A DNA stretch of 64,000 nucleotides from assembly GCA_044870765.1 (NCBI GenBank), contig JBIOZG010000005.1, positions 79,938 to 143,937 of the forward strand. The letters are read 5' to 3'. A program made the position numbers and the translations under genes. Below the pieces are notes generated by a model that was not told where the DNA came from, ran no database searches, and was given only the letters and a program-made list of their open reading frames with translations. This document shows, piece after piece, positions 1-9,575 of the stretch. Source of the DNA: Nitrososphaeraceae archaeon. GTDB taxonomy: Archaea; Thermoproteota; Nitrososphaeria; Nitrososphaerales; Nitrososphaeraceae. The number at the start of each line of letters is the position of its first letter. Positions within the stretch are counted from its first letter, which is position 1.

Positions 1-678
1 TACTCATATGCTGTTTTTGGCAAGTATGTGAAGATGTTAGTTTACGATTCAAGATATTCAAAATTCTTTTTAGGTGTACCAGGGGCGCTACTTATCGCAA
101 GTGGGTTCGCAACCATTTTTGGCTTTACGAAAGAAGCGTTGGCCATAGTTCTTAGTGTATTGGGTGTTGCATTTATTATCCGAGCATTTGATATTGACAA
201 GTCACTTGGATCCCTAAATAGGACTACGCCATCAACATTCATCAGAATATTTTCGGCGTTTGCAGGAATCATGATAATATTGGTTGGTATATCAAATGGG
301 ATTTCGAGTATCCCTGATGGCGCCATACCAAAGGATGCTAGCATTTCTCAGATTATTACAAATAGGACTGTAGTAGGATCCTTTGTTCACGGTTCAATTA
401 CTCTAATTTGGATTGGATTGGCGACTATATTTGGCGGAATATTCCTTAGCAACTGGTTCAAAGGAAGCATTACGATTCTATCAGATATCCTGAGATTGGT
501 TGTGCTGGGATTGATTTACATTCCAGTAATTCAATTTACTTCAGTCTTGACGGAAAAAACAAATCCTTTCAATCTTATCTCTTCTTTATTTATTGGTCTA
601 GCTATTACGCTTGTCGCGACAACATTTTTGTTTCAGTATTTCAGAAACAAAAAAGGTGGAGAACACCTAAAGCATTAG
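1..678 (+). CDS. DUF373-family membrane protein, 5'-truncated by window edge
   Basis: Frame is open from base 1 (YSYAVFGKYVKMLVYDSRYSKFFLGVPG); multiple TM helices; typical position upstream of uppS. Confidence 0.7.
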   Translation, partial: YSYAVFGKYVKMLVYDSRYSKFFLGVPGALLIASGFATIFGFTKEALAIVLSVLGVAFIIRAFDIDKSLGSLNRTTPSTFIRIFSAFAGIMIILVGISNGISSIPDGAIPKDASISQIITNRTVVGSFVHGSITLIWIGLATIFGGIFLSNWFKGSITILSDILRLVVLGLIYIPVIQFTSVLTEKTNPFNLISSLFIGLAITLVATTFLFQYFRNKKGGEHLKH

Positions 679-732
679 CAATTGTGTTCACAGAGTTATT
701 ATATGATTTAAAATCATTTACTTTGAGGGCAA

Positions 733-1524
733 ATGCGCGGACTTTTTTATTATCTAATCAATAACGATTGGTTTTATCGATTCTATGAAAGAAAATTGGA
801 ATCACAGATTAGAAAAGATTCGCTTCCAAATCATGTTGCAATTATATTGGATGGCAATAGGCGATGGGCTAAATATAATTTCCTGGCAAGCAAAGGCGTA
901 CATGCAATGGGTGCTGACAAGGCCGAACAGTTACTAACTTGGATTTATGACCTTAAAATAAAAATAACTACTCTTTATGTATTGTCCATCGAAAACCTCG
1001 AACGCGACAAGAAGGAATTGGAAGACATCTATAATCTTCTTGGAATAAAACTTGAAAAATTATACAATGATTCACGAATACACGAAAGGGAAATGAAAAT
1101 AAAGGCCATTGGAAATATCGATGCTCTCCCACAATCAATAAAAGATATTTTGTTTAAACTTGAAAGAGAGACAAATCATTATGATCTGACTTTTCTAAAC
1201 ATCGCTATAGCTTATGGTGGGCAACAAGAATTAGTTGATGCGATTAGAAAAATTGCTCATGATGTAGAAAGAAGAGAACTAAAAATTTCAGAGATCACAG
1301 AGCAGTCAATTGATTCATATCTTTATACTTCCCACTTACCGCAGCCAGAGCCTGACCTTATACTGAGAACTTCTGGTGAAAAGAGGCTGAGCGGTTTTTT
1401 ATTATGGCAAAGTGCATACAGTGAACTAGTTTTTATGGATGTATTTTGGCCCGAATTCCGAAAAATTGATCTTATGAGGGCGATTAGAACATTTCAAAGA
1501 CGACGTAGAAGATACGGAAAATAA
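733..1524 (+). CDS. uppS: cis-prenyltransferase / polyprenyl (undecaprenyl) diphosphate synthase
   Basis: HVAIILDGNRRWA, NIAIAYGG, PDLILRTSGEKRLSGFLLWQSAYSEL motifs. Confidence 0.95.
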   Translation: MRGLFYYLINNDWFYRFYERKLESQIRKDSLPNHVAIILDGNRRWAKYNFLASKGVHAMGADKAEQLLTWIYDLKIKITTLYVLSIENLERDKKELEDIYNLLGIKLEKLYNDSRIHEREMKIKAIGNIDALPQSIKDILFKLERETNHYDLTFLNIAIAYGGQQELVDAIRKIAHDVERRELKISEITEQSIDSYLYTSHLPQPEPDLILRTSGEKRLSGFLLWQSAYSELVFMDVFWPEFRKIDLMRAIRTFQRRRRRYGK

Positions 1525-1562
1525 GAAAATGTTGATATGTCTATCTTGCATGTATAAAACAA

Positions 1563-1712
1563 ATGCCACAGCATGGTGATTACGATCAAAAAAGTGCTAA
1601 ATGGTTTTGCAATATCTGGATAGATAAGAAAGAATGGCTGGAAATTCATGGATATTCCCCACTAGCTACTAATCTTGATACAGATGAAGAAGAAGTCGTA
1701 GAGAGCGGTTAG
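1563..1712 (+). CDS. small hypothetical protein, 49 aa (below ORF-track cutoff)
   Basis: ATG..TAG ORF MPQHGDYDQKSAKWFCNIWIDKKEWLEIHGYSPLATNLDTDEEEVVESG fills the uppS-NUDIX gap on the same strand. Confidence 0.6.
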   Translation: MPQHGDYDQKSAKWFCNIWIDKKEWLEIHGYSPLATNLDTDEEEVVESG

Positions 1713-1739
1713 CAACTATCGAGTTAGTAGAAATTTGAA

Positions 1740-2177
1740 ATGATGACAGAAAAATCTGCTGGGTTTATCCTCATCACAGATGATTTTGAAACTGATGACT
1801 ATTGTGTATTACTACTTCATTACACATCAGGTCACTGGGACTTTCCTAAGGGAAATATAGAAACTAATGAAACTGAATTAGAGGCTGCTACAAGGGAATT
1901 GCAAGAAGAGACTGGTATTGAAACCTTTAGACTGATACCAAACTTTAGATACGTACTAGATTACAAATACACTAGAAAGACTATGTTAATCTCAAAACAA
2001 GTAACTTTATTTCTTGCATCTACAGGAGTAAGAAAAGTAAAGATATCTCATGAGCACATAGGTTATAGTTGGGTGAAAAAAAGCGATGCAACTACTCAGT
2101 TGACATACAAAAATGCTAAAAATGCATTAAAGCACGCAATAAATTTCTTGGAAAAACCATCGTCCAATATCCAATAG
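1740..2177 (+). CDS. NUDIX hydrolase, Ap4A hydrolase-like
   Basis: GHWDFPKG and Nudix box G-x5-E-x7-RELQEETG; C-terminal LTYKNAK. Confidence 0.9.
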   Translation: MMTEKSAGFILITDDFETDDYCVLLLHYTSGHWDFPKGNIETNETELEAATRELQEETGIETFRLIPNFRYVLDYKYTRKTMLISKQVTLFLASTGVRKVKISHEHIGYSWVKKSDATTQLTYKNAKNALKHAINFLEKPSSNIQ

Positions 2178-2306
2178 TAATATGTGTGACTGCTCAAGCA
2201 ATTTTTGGAATTTTTGTCAAAACAACGCATATCAAGTAAAATAAACATGGTATGACAAAGTAAAGGATATAAAGATGTGTTTGAAGCCTACAACCAGTAA
2301 TGAAAC

Positions 2307-3077
2307 TTATTGTGTAGCTTGTGATGATGCTTCGGAATTTATAATGTCAGATACGGTCTTTCGTTTGTTTTTTGAATTTAGAACAGTGCGACCTATTATG
2401 AGATAATCACTTCCACTCCGCATGGCACTTTTTGCGTTACCTCCCTGAGTACCTATACCAGGCGAATAAATGGGGATACTAGAAATCGATGAGATATGTT
2501 TCAAAGTTCTCAAGTGTGTGGCACCCACTACAATTCCATCGACTTTGGTCGTGTTGGCGTATTTCAAGAAGAGCTCAAATAGAGGAACGACCTTACTTTC
2601 TTTTGATCTCCTTTGAACTGTATTCAAACCATATCCTTCATTGACACTTTCGTGGCTCATATAGACAAGGGATATTATACCCATGCCGATTTTGTGAGTA
2701 AATTGAACTAGAGACGCCAATTGTTTCTGTCCGATAATCGGATTTACTATAACTGAATCAAAGCCCATTGAATGCAAATGCTGTACAGTTACTTGGTTCG
2801 TATTTCCTATATCATTTAACTTAATATCAGCAATTGAAAGCAATCCATGGGAATGTATAACTCTGTTGATGCTTTGAATATCTTTCTTGGCAAATGGCAA
2901 TATCAGATGAAAGTTAATTTTAATTGCGCATAGAAACGGGTAAAGATTTTTTACTAATTTTTCAATATACTTGAGATTAGAATGTTGTGAATCCAAATCC
3001 AGGGCTAGTATTATGAGGCTTTTATGATTACTTGAAGCACGAGCAATTCGTTCTCTATATGAGATTTTATTCATCAA
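2307..3077 (-). CDS. pyrF: orotidine 5'-phosphate decarboxylase
   Basis: LALD, ADIKLNDIGNT, VVGAT, SPGIGTQGG, IIGR motifs. Confidence 0.93.
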   Translation of the reverse strand: MMNKISYRERIARASSNHKSLIILALDLDSQHSNLKYIEKLVKNLYPFLCAIKINFHLILPFAKKDIQSINRVIHSHGLLSIADIKLNDIGNTNQVTVQHLHSMGFDSVIVNPIIGQKQLASLVQFTHKIGMGIISLVYMSHESVNEGYGLNTVQRRSKESKVVPLFELFLKYANTTKVDGIVVGATHLRTLKHISSISSIPIYSPGIGTQGGNAKSAMRSGSDYLIIGRTVLNSKNKRKTVSDIINSEASSQATQ

Positions 3078-3747
3078 CCTTCACTAAGGGATGTGAACTG
3101 GATAATTTTATTAGTTTGATATAGATGTAACCGTGCTCGTCAATATTGTTTGTAAAGGTCGGATTGTCAGATTTCAAACTAGAGTATTTTATGAAACAAT
3201 TTACTGGATTATCTGGAAGAGTTGCATAGTAAAAATATGAGACTCCATCAGATTCGGCCATATTTAACGCTGTCCCTACAACATATTTAGAGTTCTTGGT
3301 GCTATTAAAGACAAAAAGAGGCAAGGGTGATTCTTCATAGATCATTTTGTACGATGCAATCTTTACTAGGCTTTGGAAATTGGCTAATTTTATTGGTGCA
3401 TAATTTGAATTCTTGACGCCTTTTGGTCTGCGCCAAAATATTTGTGGAAACTTTTCAACAGAAATTATCGGAGAATACATAACCGAAGGATTTTGTATAT
3501 TAGCGACTATCGCCACATCTTCGTAGCCGCCGGTATTTTTATATGCAAGATATTGACCAGCGCTTGAATATTTGACGTAGTATATCACAGGAATATTGTT
3601 CAGAAAATCAATTTGCGTTGCCAATAAATTTTCTTTGCCAGACTTAAATGAAAACGTCAAAAGTGGAGTTCGTTCAAAAGCGCAGACAAGTCTACCAAAA
3701 TCTTGAACCGTGGAAACCTCGATAAAGAAAGGGGATTTAATTTGCAA
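3067..3747 (-). CDS. conserved archaeal hypothetical protein (two similar halves)
   Basis: 226-aa ORF in the purA-pyrF run, overlapping the pyrF start. Confidence 0.7.
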   Translation of the reverse strand: MQIKSPFFIEVSTVQDFGRLVCAFERTPLLTFSFKSGKENLLATQIDFLNNIPVIYYVKYSSAGQYLAYKNTGGYEDVAIVANIQNPSVMYSPIISVEKFPQIFWRRPKGVKNSNYAPIKLANFQSLVKIASYKMIYEESPLPLFVFNSTKNSKYVVGTALNMAESDGVSYFYYATLPDNPVNCFIKYSSLKSDNPTFTNNIDEHGYIYIKLIKLSSSHPLVKVDE

Positions 3748-3822
3748 TGCTCTACATTTTAAAACTACATTATTAAAATCATGCGAAAAGGCTTGTCTGG
3801 AAGAAAATATTTCTCTTCAAAA

Positions 3823-4833
3823 CTAATTTTCTTCCCTACGATCGATTATTTGGTTAATCTCAGCCCCAGTACCTATGAGAACAACTTTAACACCTAGATT
3901 GGCCTCCATGTTCTCAATAAATTGCCTTGGTTTAGAAGTCAATTTAGAATATTCCGTTAGTCCGGCACATTCCGGAAATACTACGTCTAGTTTGGTAACG
4001 GCTAATTGGGTGGCGCTGTTTATTTTTATCGATTTTTTGGCTAACTCCAAGTTAAAAGGTGATGCCCTTCTTTGTCGGCCAGTTACACTTCCGTATTCTA
4101 CCCAACCTAATTTAGCGGCTTCATCAGAGCTAATTTCATTTTCCAGTGGGCCACCACCTACGCGGGTAACATATGCCTTAAAGACTAAAATAACATCGTC
4201 GACCTTCTTGGGTCCTATTCCAACGTCTGAACATATACCCGAAGCAGTAACATCTTTAGAAGTCACAAATGGATAATCGCCGTGGTACAAAGACAGAAAT
4301 GTTCCTTGTGTTCCTTCTATGAGTACTGATTGACTTTTGTCGATAGATTCATTGACAATATCGGAAACATTGCCAAGATATTTCTTTAGACCATCCACAT
4401 TTTTTGCAAGATTCAAGATCCTCAATGCACGATCCGAATTTGCCGGGCCAGTACCAGTTCCAGTGGTTCCAACAATATTCTTAAGGTGTAAATTCTCTTT
4501 ATCCCTTGTTATATGTGACTCATCAATTATCCCGCAATGATTATCTATTTTTGTTCTATTTTCAGCATTATACTTGCGAGACTCATCTAGCAAGACTTCC
4601 GGTGTTATGAGGACTCCTGCTCCAATTAATAGCTGGGTTTCAGGATTTAAAACAGCGCTTGGCAACATGCGCACTTTGTAGGTTTGATTGTTGTGAACAA
4701 AAGTGTGACCGGCGTTTGCACCAACGCCCCCCCTTACTGCTATTTTTGGATTGTCCTTTATAGATAGATATGCGATTATCTTTCCCTTTCCTTCATCTCC
4801 GTAAAAGCCTCCGACTATTACTTTACAGGTCAT
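3823..4833 (-). CDS. purA: adenylosuccinate synthetase (short archaeal form)
   Basis: GDEGKGK, NAGHT, EGTQG, YPFVTS, GSVTGRQRR, TKLD motifs. Confidence 0.97.
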   Translation of the reverse strand: MTCKVIVGGFYGDEGKGKIIAYLSIKDNPKIAVRGGVGANAGHTFVHNNQTYKVRMLPSAVLNPETQLLIGAGVLITPEVLLDESRKYNAENRTKIDNHCGIIDESHITRDKENLHLKNIVGTTGTGTGPANSDRALRILNLAKNVDGLKKYLGNVSDIVNESIDKSQSVLIEGTQGTFLSLYHGDYPFVTSKDVTASGICSDVGIGPKKVDDVILVFKAYVTRVGGGPLENEISSDEAAKLGWVEYGSVTGRQRRASPFNLELAKKSIKINSATQLAVTKLDVVFPECAGLTEYSKLTSKPRQFIENMEANLGVKVVLIGTGAEINQIIDRREEN

Positions 4834-5042
4834 TTCCAGTTCACATTAAATTCCAAGTAAATATAAGGATAATCTAGTAATACTAAATTTCCAAGGATAA
4901 ACTATTGTAGTTGATCATGAAGCTTTTATTCTATGTGCCGGACATCGTCATACAGGCAAGGTTTATGCTGCTGTACTAAAAAACAATGCCACTAATTGAC
5001 ACAATTTTATATAGTCGATTTTGATTAAAGATAATATTTAAA

Positions 5043-5393
5043 ATGGATTATGAAAACTTATGCAAAGGGATATTAGCACTAGATCCAAAAATTCGCTTTG
5101 CCGGAGTATGTGACGAGACAGGAGAAATAAAATATGGTGGTCAGCGTGATGGGCTGGCTAATTTGTTGACTGCTGAAGAAACGAAGAGATCTAATTTGCA
5201 AGCACTTGCGAGATGGGGATTGCGGAATTCCTTGGCATCCAAAGTTGGCAAAGGAAAGTATGCCATGGCAGAGTATGAAAAGATTAAGCGAATCACTGCT
5301 CCTCTGGATAACGATCATCTCCTGCTGGTTACAACAGAAGTGGATGCGGACCACCAGAATGTAATAGCCAAGGTTCTAAAATTAATTCAATGA
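5043..5393 (+). CDS. thaumarchaeal DUF6659-like (roadblock/profilin-like) small protein
   Basis: LDPKIRFAGV..GG.R.G and EYEKIKRIT pattern of this family. Confidence 0.7.
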   Translation: MDYENLCKGILALDPKIRFAGVCDETGEIKYGGQRDGLANLLTAEETKRSNLQALARWGLRNSLASKVGKGKYAMAEYEKIKRITAPLDNDHLLLVTTEVDADHQNVIAKVLKLIQ

Positions 5394-5449
5394 TTATCTT
5401 AGTCTTTGTTTTTTTGGCGCTTACTAAGGAAGTCGACTGAAACTAGAAA

Positions 5450-5848
5450 TCACTTTATCCATCCATGTTCATGCTCTCTATGATCATGTGATGCTCCTAC
5501 GCCAGTGACTCCTCCCATGTAATCACCATACACAGCTACGACATCTTTCAAATCTGAGAGTTCTTTGAGAAATTCCAGTGTTAATTTATCGTTAAATGCG
5601 TAATGGGTACCGCTATCATGTATTGTAGGATTCATCCCAGTCTTGCTAATTATATAAGTCCGCATTTCTTCTGAATTAATTTCTGGTTTGGTAAACACTT
5701 CAATTAAATAAAAAGGGTCTTTATCAGGGCTATTACGTTTTCTCATCAACAAATCATGAATGAGTTTTGGATGAATCTTTGGAAGATGAATTTCATACAG
5801 AGTATTCAGACCCTCAAAGACTCTTTTAATTTCACTCAATTCTGACAA
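5450..5848 (-). CDS. hypothetical protein with His-rich C-terminus
   Basis: 132-aa ORF, no competing ORF, ends SHDHREHEHGWIK. Confidence 0.7.
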   Translation of the reverse strand: MSELSEIKRVFEGLNTLYEIHLPKIHPKLIHDLLMRKRNSPDKDPFYLIEVFTKPEINSEEMRTYIISKTGMNPTIHDSGTHYAFNDKLTLEFLKELSDLKDVVAVYGDYMGGVTGVGASHDHREHEHGWIK

Positions 5849-6045
5849 TTTTTAATCAATAATAATATGTGATTATAAGTATATGAGCATTTTTGCATAT
5901 CATTTTTGCAAAGCTTACTATCGTATGATTGCCCAAATTACTAGCATATCATCAATCACTACCAATTTATTGGGATAGAGTGAACCCTGTGGAAGAAGAA
6001 ATAACATATTAAATGCACTATAAATATTTCATATTGATAATCAAT

Positions 6046-6507
6046 ATGGCTGGCTTCTCAAGTGACGGGGATATCGAAAACTTGATTTTTATAATAGCCA
6101 ACCTTCCAGAATTTCTAAAAACTTCGGTTTGCAGAACTAAAACCAAGGAATTGATCGAAATGTCTGAGTCTGAAAAAAAGGAGACTATGATTAGGAGCTT
6201 GAGTTCTCTAAATTTGGTAGATAATAACAAGTTGATAGATTTAACAAAAACATGGATGAAAGTGATCTCAGAAATTGAACCTGATAAGCTTACGGAAATT
6301 TTGCATTGTTATCTAATGACATTAAGTAGTGTCAAGCTCTTTGACAAAATAGATCCAAAATTGATTTTGGATATATTCTCTTCACTTGAAGATAATCAAA
6401 GGAATAAATTGATGGTCTGTTTAAAGGAGGCACTATTTCTTAATCCAAACAGAGACGGGGTTTTGAAAAATATTCCAACGAATCTAGCCAAAGTAATACT
6501 CAATTAA
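6046..6507 (+). CDS. conserved thaumarchaeal helical hypothetical protein
   Basis: ORF 6013..6507; likely start at ATG 6046 (MAGFSS..NLPEFLK). Confidence 0.65.
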   Translation: MAGFSSDGDIENLIFIIANLPEFLKTSVCRTKTKELIEMSESEKKETMIRSLSSLNLVDNNKLIDLTKTWMKVISEIEPDKLTEILHCYLMTLSSVKLFDKIDPKLILDIFSSLEDNQRNKLMVCLKEALFLNPNRDGVLKNIPTNLAKVILN

Positions 6508-6755
6508 GGCGTTCCAGGATTTTCTGGATTTTTCTTTAATTCCTCCACTTTATCCAAACCAAAGAATCCTCTTTCATATTTTCTTAACGCTTTCCTGTGT
6601 TCTGGTAATGACATGTCTAAATGCATTTCATTAATTACCATTACTCCGTATGTGGTCCATTCTTTCCAGCAATCATTACACGATGGATATTTCAATGCTG
6701 ACGGGTCTTCAATTTCTTTTTCCTCAAAATCTTTTCCGCATTTTAAGCATTTCAT
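6504..6755 (-). CDS. Fe(II)-trafficking YggX-like protein
   Basis: CW.EW....MVINEM.LDMS.PEHRK.L..Y..GFFG resembles the YggX/Iron_traffic core. Confidence 0.75.
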   Translation of the reverse strand: MKCLKCGKDFEEKEIEDPSALKYPSCNDCWKEWTTYGVMVINEMHLDMSLPEHRKALRKYERGFFGLDKVEELKKNPENPGTP

Positions 6756-6821
6756 TAAAAGCTCATGAAACCTAAGGTTATTTTATTGTTTTATTCCACA
6801 AGCGTAATTTGGCCATTTACG

Positions 6822-7028
6822 CTACTTTTTGTAACTATGATTTTTTCTAATGTGATCCCGCATTACCTCCATTCCTTCGAACTTTGCATTACATTTCTTA
6901 CATTCATATGTCTTGTTATCGTGAGTTATTTGAAAATGATGCATAAGTTTCTCTAATGTCCTGAAATTTTTTCCACAAAAATCGCAAGTATTTTTATTTA
7001 AAAAACTAAACTTGTGAAATTTGAACAC
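6822..7028 (-). CDS. tandem C2H2 zinc-finger protein
   Basis: CxxC-x12-H-x4-H twice (CDFC..HFQITH; CKKC..HIRKNH). Confidence 0.85.
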   Translation of the reverse strand: MFKFHKFSFLNKNTCDFCGKNFRTLEKLMHHFQITHDNKTYECKKCNAKFEGMEVMRDHIRKNHSYKK

Positions 7029-7156
7029 AATTCCAATATCTATTTTTTGGTATTTATATCATTATCAAATTCATCCTGAAATGGACAGTACCATTGATAT
7101 TCGACTTTATCTATTAATGAAAATCTTATTATTTTCATTTTACATTTTGTAGCACA

Positions 7157-7738
7157 ATGGGATTGTTTGATCCTGCGTTTTATTCCAAAAGTACGAAAGA
7201 AGTTGCAAGGGACCTCCTAGGAAAGAAGCTTGTCAGAATATTTGATAATGGCTCAGGTAAGCTAATACGTTTATCTGGAATCATATCAGAAACGGAAGCA
7301 TACGGTTCAAAGGACGACCCCGCAAGCCATGCGTTTAATGGTATGACGAATAGAAATTCGGTAATGTTTGGAGAGGTTGGTAAAGCCTATGTTTATTTTA
7401 TTTATGGGGTGCATCATTGTATGAATGTTACTGCACATTCACCTGCTCATGATGCAGGAGCGGTGCTGATAAGATCATTAATACCAACAGAGGGAATAAG
7501 CTCAATGATGAGTCGATGTAATGCGCAGAATAAATTAAACCTAACAAACGGGCCTGGGAAATTAACGAGGGCTCTGGATATTAACAGATCTCATAATGGA
7601 TTTAGCTTATCTGATAGGCAATCATTATTGCACATTGAAGATGGGATAAAGCCTAATAAAGTAGTCAGTACTGCTAGAATCGGTATAAGTAGGGCTAGGG
7701 AAAAACATTGGCGATACCTGATCGTAGACGACAGGTAA
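7157..7738 (+). CDS. mpg: DNA-3-methyladenine glycosylase (MPG/AAG family)
   Basis: ETEAY, DPASHA, YVYFIYG, AVLIR, LTNGPGKL, RIGIS motifs. Confidence 0.93.
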   Translation: MGLFDPAFYSKSTKEVARDLLGKKLVRIFDNGSGKLIRLSGIISETEAYGSKDDPASHAFNGMTNRNSVMFGEVGKAYVYFIYGVHHCMNVTAHSPAHDAGAVLIRSLIPTEGISSMMSRCNAQNKLNLTNGPGKLTRALDINRSHNGFSLSDRQSLLHIEDGIKPNKVVSTARIGISRAREKHWRYLIVDDR

Positions 7739-7781
7739 ACAGGATAAAACAAAAGAAATTTGGCCGTGTTTTCTTGGACCA

Positions 7782-9506
7782 TTACCAATATCTTGCTTTT
7801 ATTTTCTCAATTACCCTTTCGTGTTCAGGGCCCCTTCTTCTAGCATATCTCTCCATTGCACCTAATGGAACTCCGCCTAATGTTCGAGCGAGTCCTGCAA
7901 AAAAGACATTCTTTATTGGATTATCTCGGCCTACTTTATGCATAAATTTCTGAATTCCGTATTTGAAATTATGTTGCCATGTCTTGTACATCACTCCCAA
8001 TTTAGGAGGATCCATGGTATTCCCAATATCAAAGAAATCTGATTTTTCTAACAATCCTATTGGAACAAATGTCAGTGGAGTAGTGGTGAACTTTGAATCT
8101 GGTTGTTCCGTTTCCAAAGAATGAATTAATTCAATTGTCTCCCAACTGTCTTCGACAGTTTCATCATTATCCAGTCCCATTATTAGTGTAAATGCAGGTA
8201 CCCAATAGTTTTCATTTAATGTCTTTATTCCATTTTTTACTACCCAGTGCCATTCGGATGGTTTGAATGGAGATAGCTTTCTATCTGCATATTTGCCGAT
8301 TAATCGTATGCTGCCAGTTTCAAAACCGCATTGAATACCTATCATATTGTCAGGTGACGCCCTAATTATTTTGGATATATTTGGTATTAATCTCTCGTCA
8401 GCAATAGCTCCTGCAAGAGTCCCATGGGTGGGATTAGTATGTTCAATTCCAGTGGACATTATTCCTGAAAATAATTCTTCTAGAGCTTCACGGTTAGGTT
8501 GCATGTTTTTAGTCGTTCTGGGATTCAAACCGTATACAAAAATATCATCGCTGTGAACCCATGCATTCTTCAATCCACCATATTTCATGTTGATTTCAAT
8601 TTCTTTTACGACTTTTTCCACCGGGTAGTATCTTAACGGTCTTAGAGTTACATCGCAAAACTTGCAGCCACGTCCACAGCCTCTCATTACCTCAATCATT
8701 CCATGCATACTAGGATTAATTATAGTTGGGATTTCATCAACGCTAGGTTCGTTCCAGTAATGAATGAATCTGCCATGATAAGTGTTACCACCTCTTTCAA
8801 ATTCTTTTATCTCAACTTTGAAAGGATTCTTCTTAAATGGATTTGCTGTATCTAGCTCATTGTTGATCAAGGCGTCAAAAAACTTCGCTCCAGCACCGTC
8901 AATTTCTGGACCTATTCCCCCCAAATCGCCCTCAACGATTCCGTATAATCCATATTCTTCTATTTTTGCAGGATCATAATTATACTGCCATGTACCGGAG
9001 GCACCTGCAATCACTTTTGCTTTACTTCCATTTTTTTCTTTTGCTCTATTAATCTTCATGTGAAGATCTTTGTTGTAAAATTCATCATACGATATCTGCT
9101 TCCGCCCATAAGTAAATGTCATAGTTACGGGTCCCATGCCAAGCGGATCCATTTCATATGTTCCTACAATCTCAGTTTCAGGACCAATGAATTTTTCTAC
9201 ATAATCAGGGTGTGCGACTACAACATCCTCCCTACTATATCCGTCTCGAACCAGTGAAGCTTCTACCTTTCTAAGCCCGTAGGGGGCGTAATCTGCAATA
9301 CCGTTGTGATGAGAAATAGGATTACAAATAAAATCAAACAATAATCTTGGTGTAACTTGGTTGCCGAGTATTTTGTACAAAAATGTATCATGTGCTCTGT
9401 TTGGATCGATAGCTGGTGCACAACCGAAAAATGATGCTAACGAGATACCTCTATACGGTGACATGAGCGTGCGATCTGCTGTGAGAACGACCTTCGGATG
9501 TTTCAA
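7782..9506 (-). CDS. B12-binding-type radical SAM protein, probable GDGT ring synthase (Grs) family
   Basis: CGRGCKFC cluster motif; N-terminal LTADRTLM, APYGLRKVEA, DPLGMGP as in GrsA/GrsB-like proteins. Confidence 0.75.
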   Translation of the reverse strand: MKHPKVVLTADRTLMSPYRGISLASFFGCAPAIDPNRAHDTFLYKILGNQVTPRLLFDFICNPISHHNGIADYAPYGLRKVEASLVRDGYSREDVVVAHPDYVEKFIGPETEIVGTYEMDPLGMGPVTMTFTYGRKQISYDEFYNKDLHMKINRAKEKNGSKAKVIAGASGTWQYNYDPAKIEEYGLYGIVEGDLGGIGPEIDGAGAKFFDALINNELDTANPFKKNPFKVEIKEFERGGNTYHGRFIHYWNEPSVDEIPTIINPSMHGMIEVMRGCGRGCKFCDVTLRPLRYYPVEKVVKEIEINMKYGGLKNAWVHSDDIFVYGLNPRTTKNMQPNREALEELFSGIMSTGIEHTNPTHGTLAGAIADERLIPNISKIIRASPDNMIGIQCGFETGSIRLIGKYADRKLSPFKPSEWHWVVKNGIKTLNENYWVPAFTLIMGLDNDETVEDSWETIELIHSLETEQPDSKFTTTPLTFVPIGLLEKSDFFDIGNTMDPPKLGVMYKTWQHNFKYGIQKFMHKVGRDNPIKNVFFAGLARTLGGVPLGAMERYARRRGPEHERVIEKIKARYW

Positions 9507-9575
9507 GAGTCTTTATACATACCTCAAAGACGTAGATTTTAAGTTTTCCAAATTCAAGGTATCATTTAGATACCC

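Noticed and set aside
3875-4540. Antisense ORFs over purA (and similar ones over the hem genes, ffh, the adhesin and rpl5)
   Set aside because: Shadow frames of well-supported genes with no recognisable motifs
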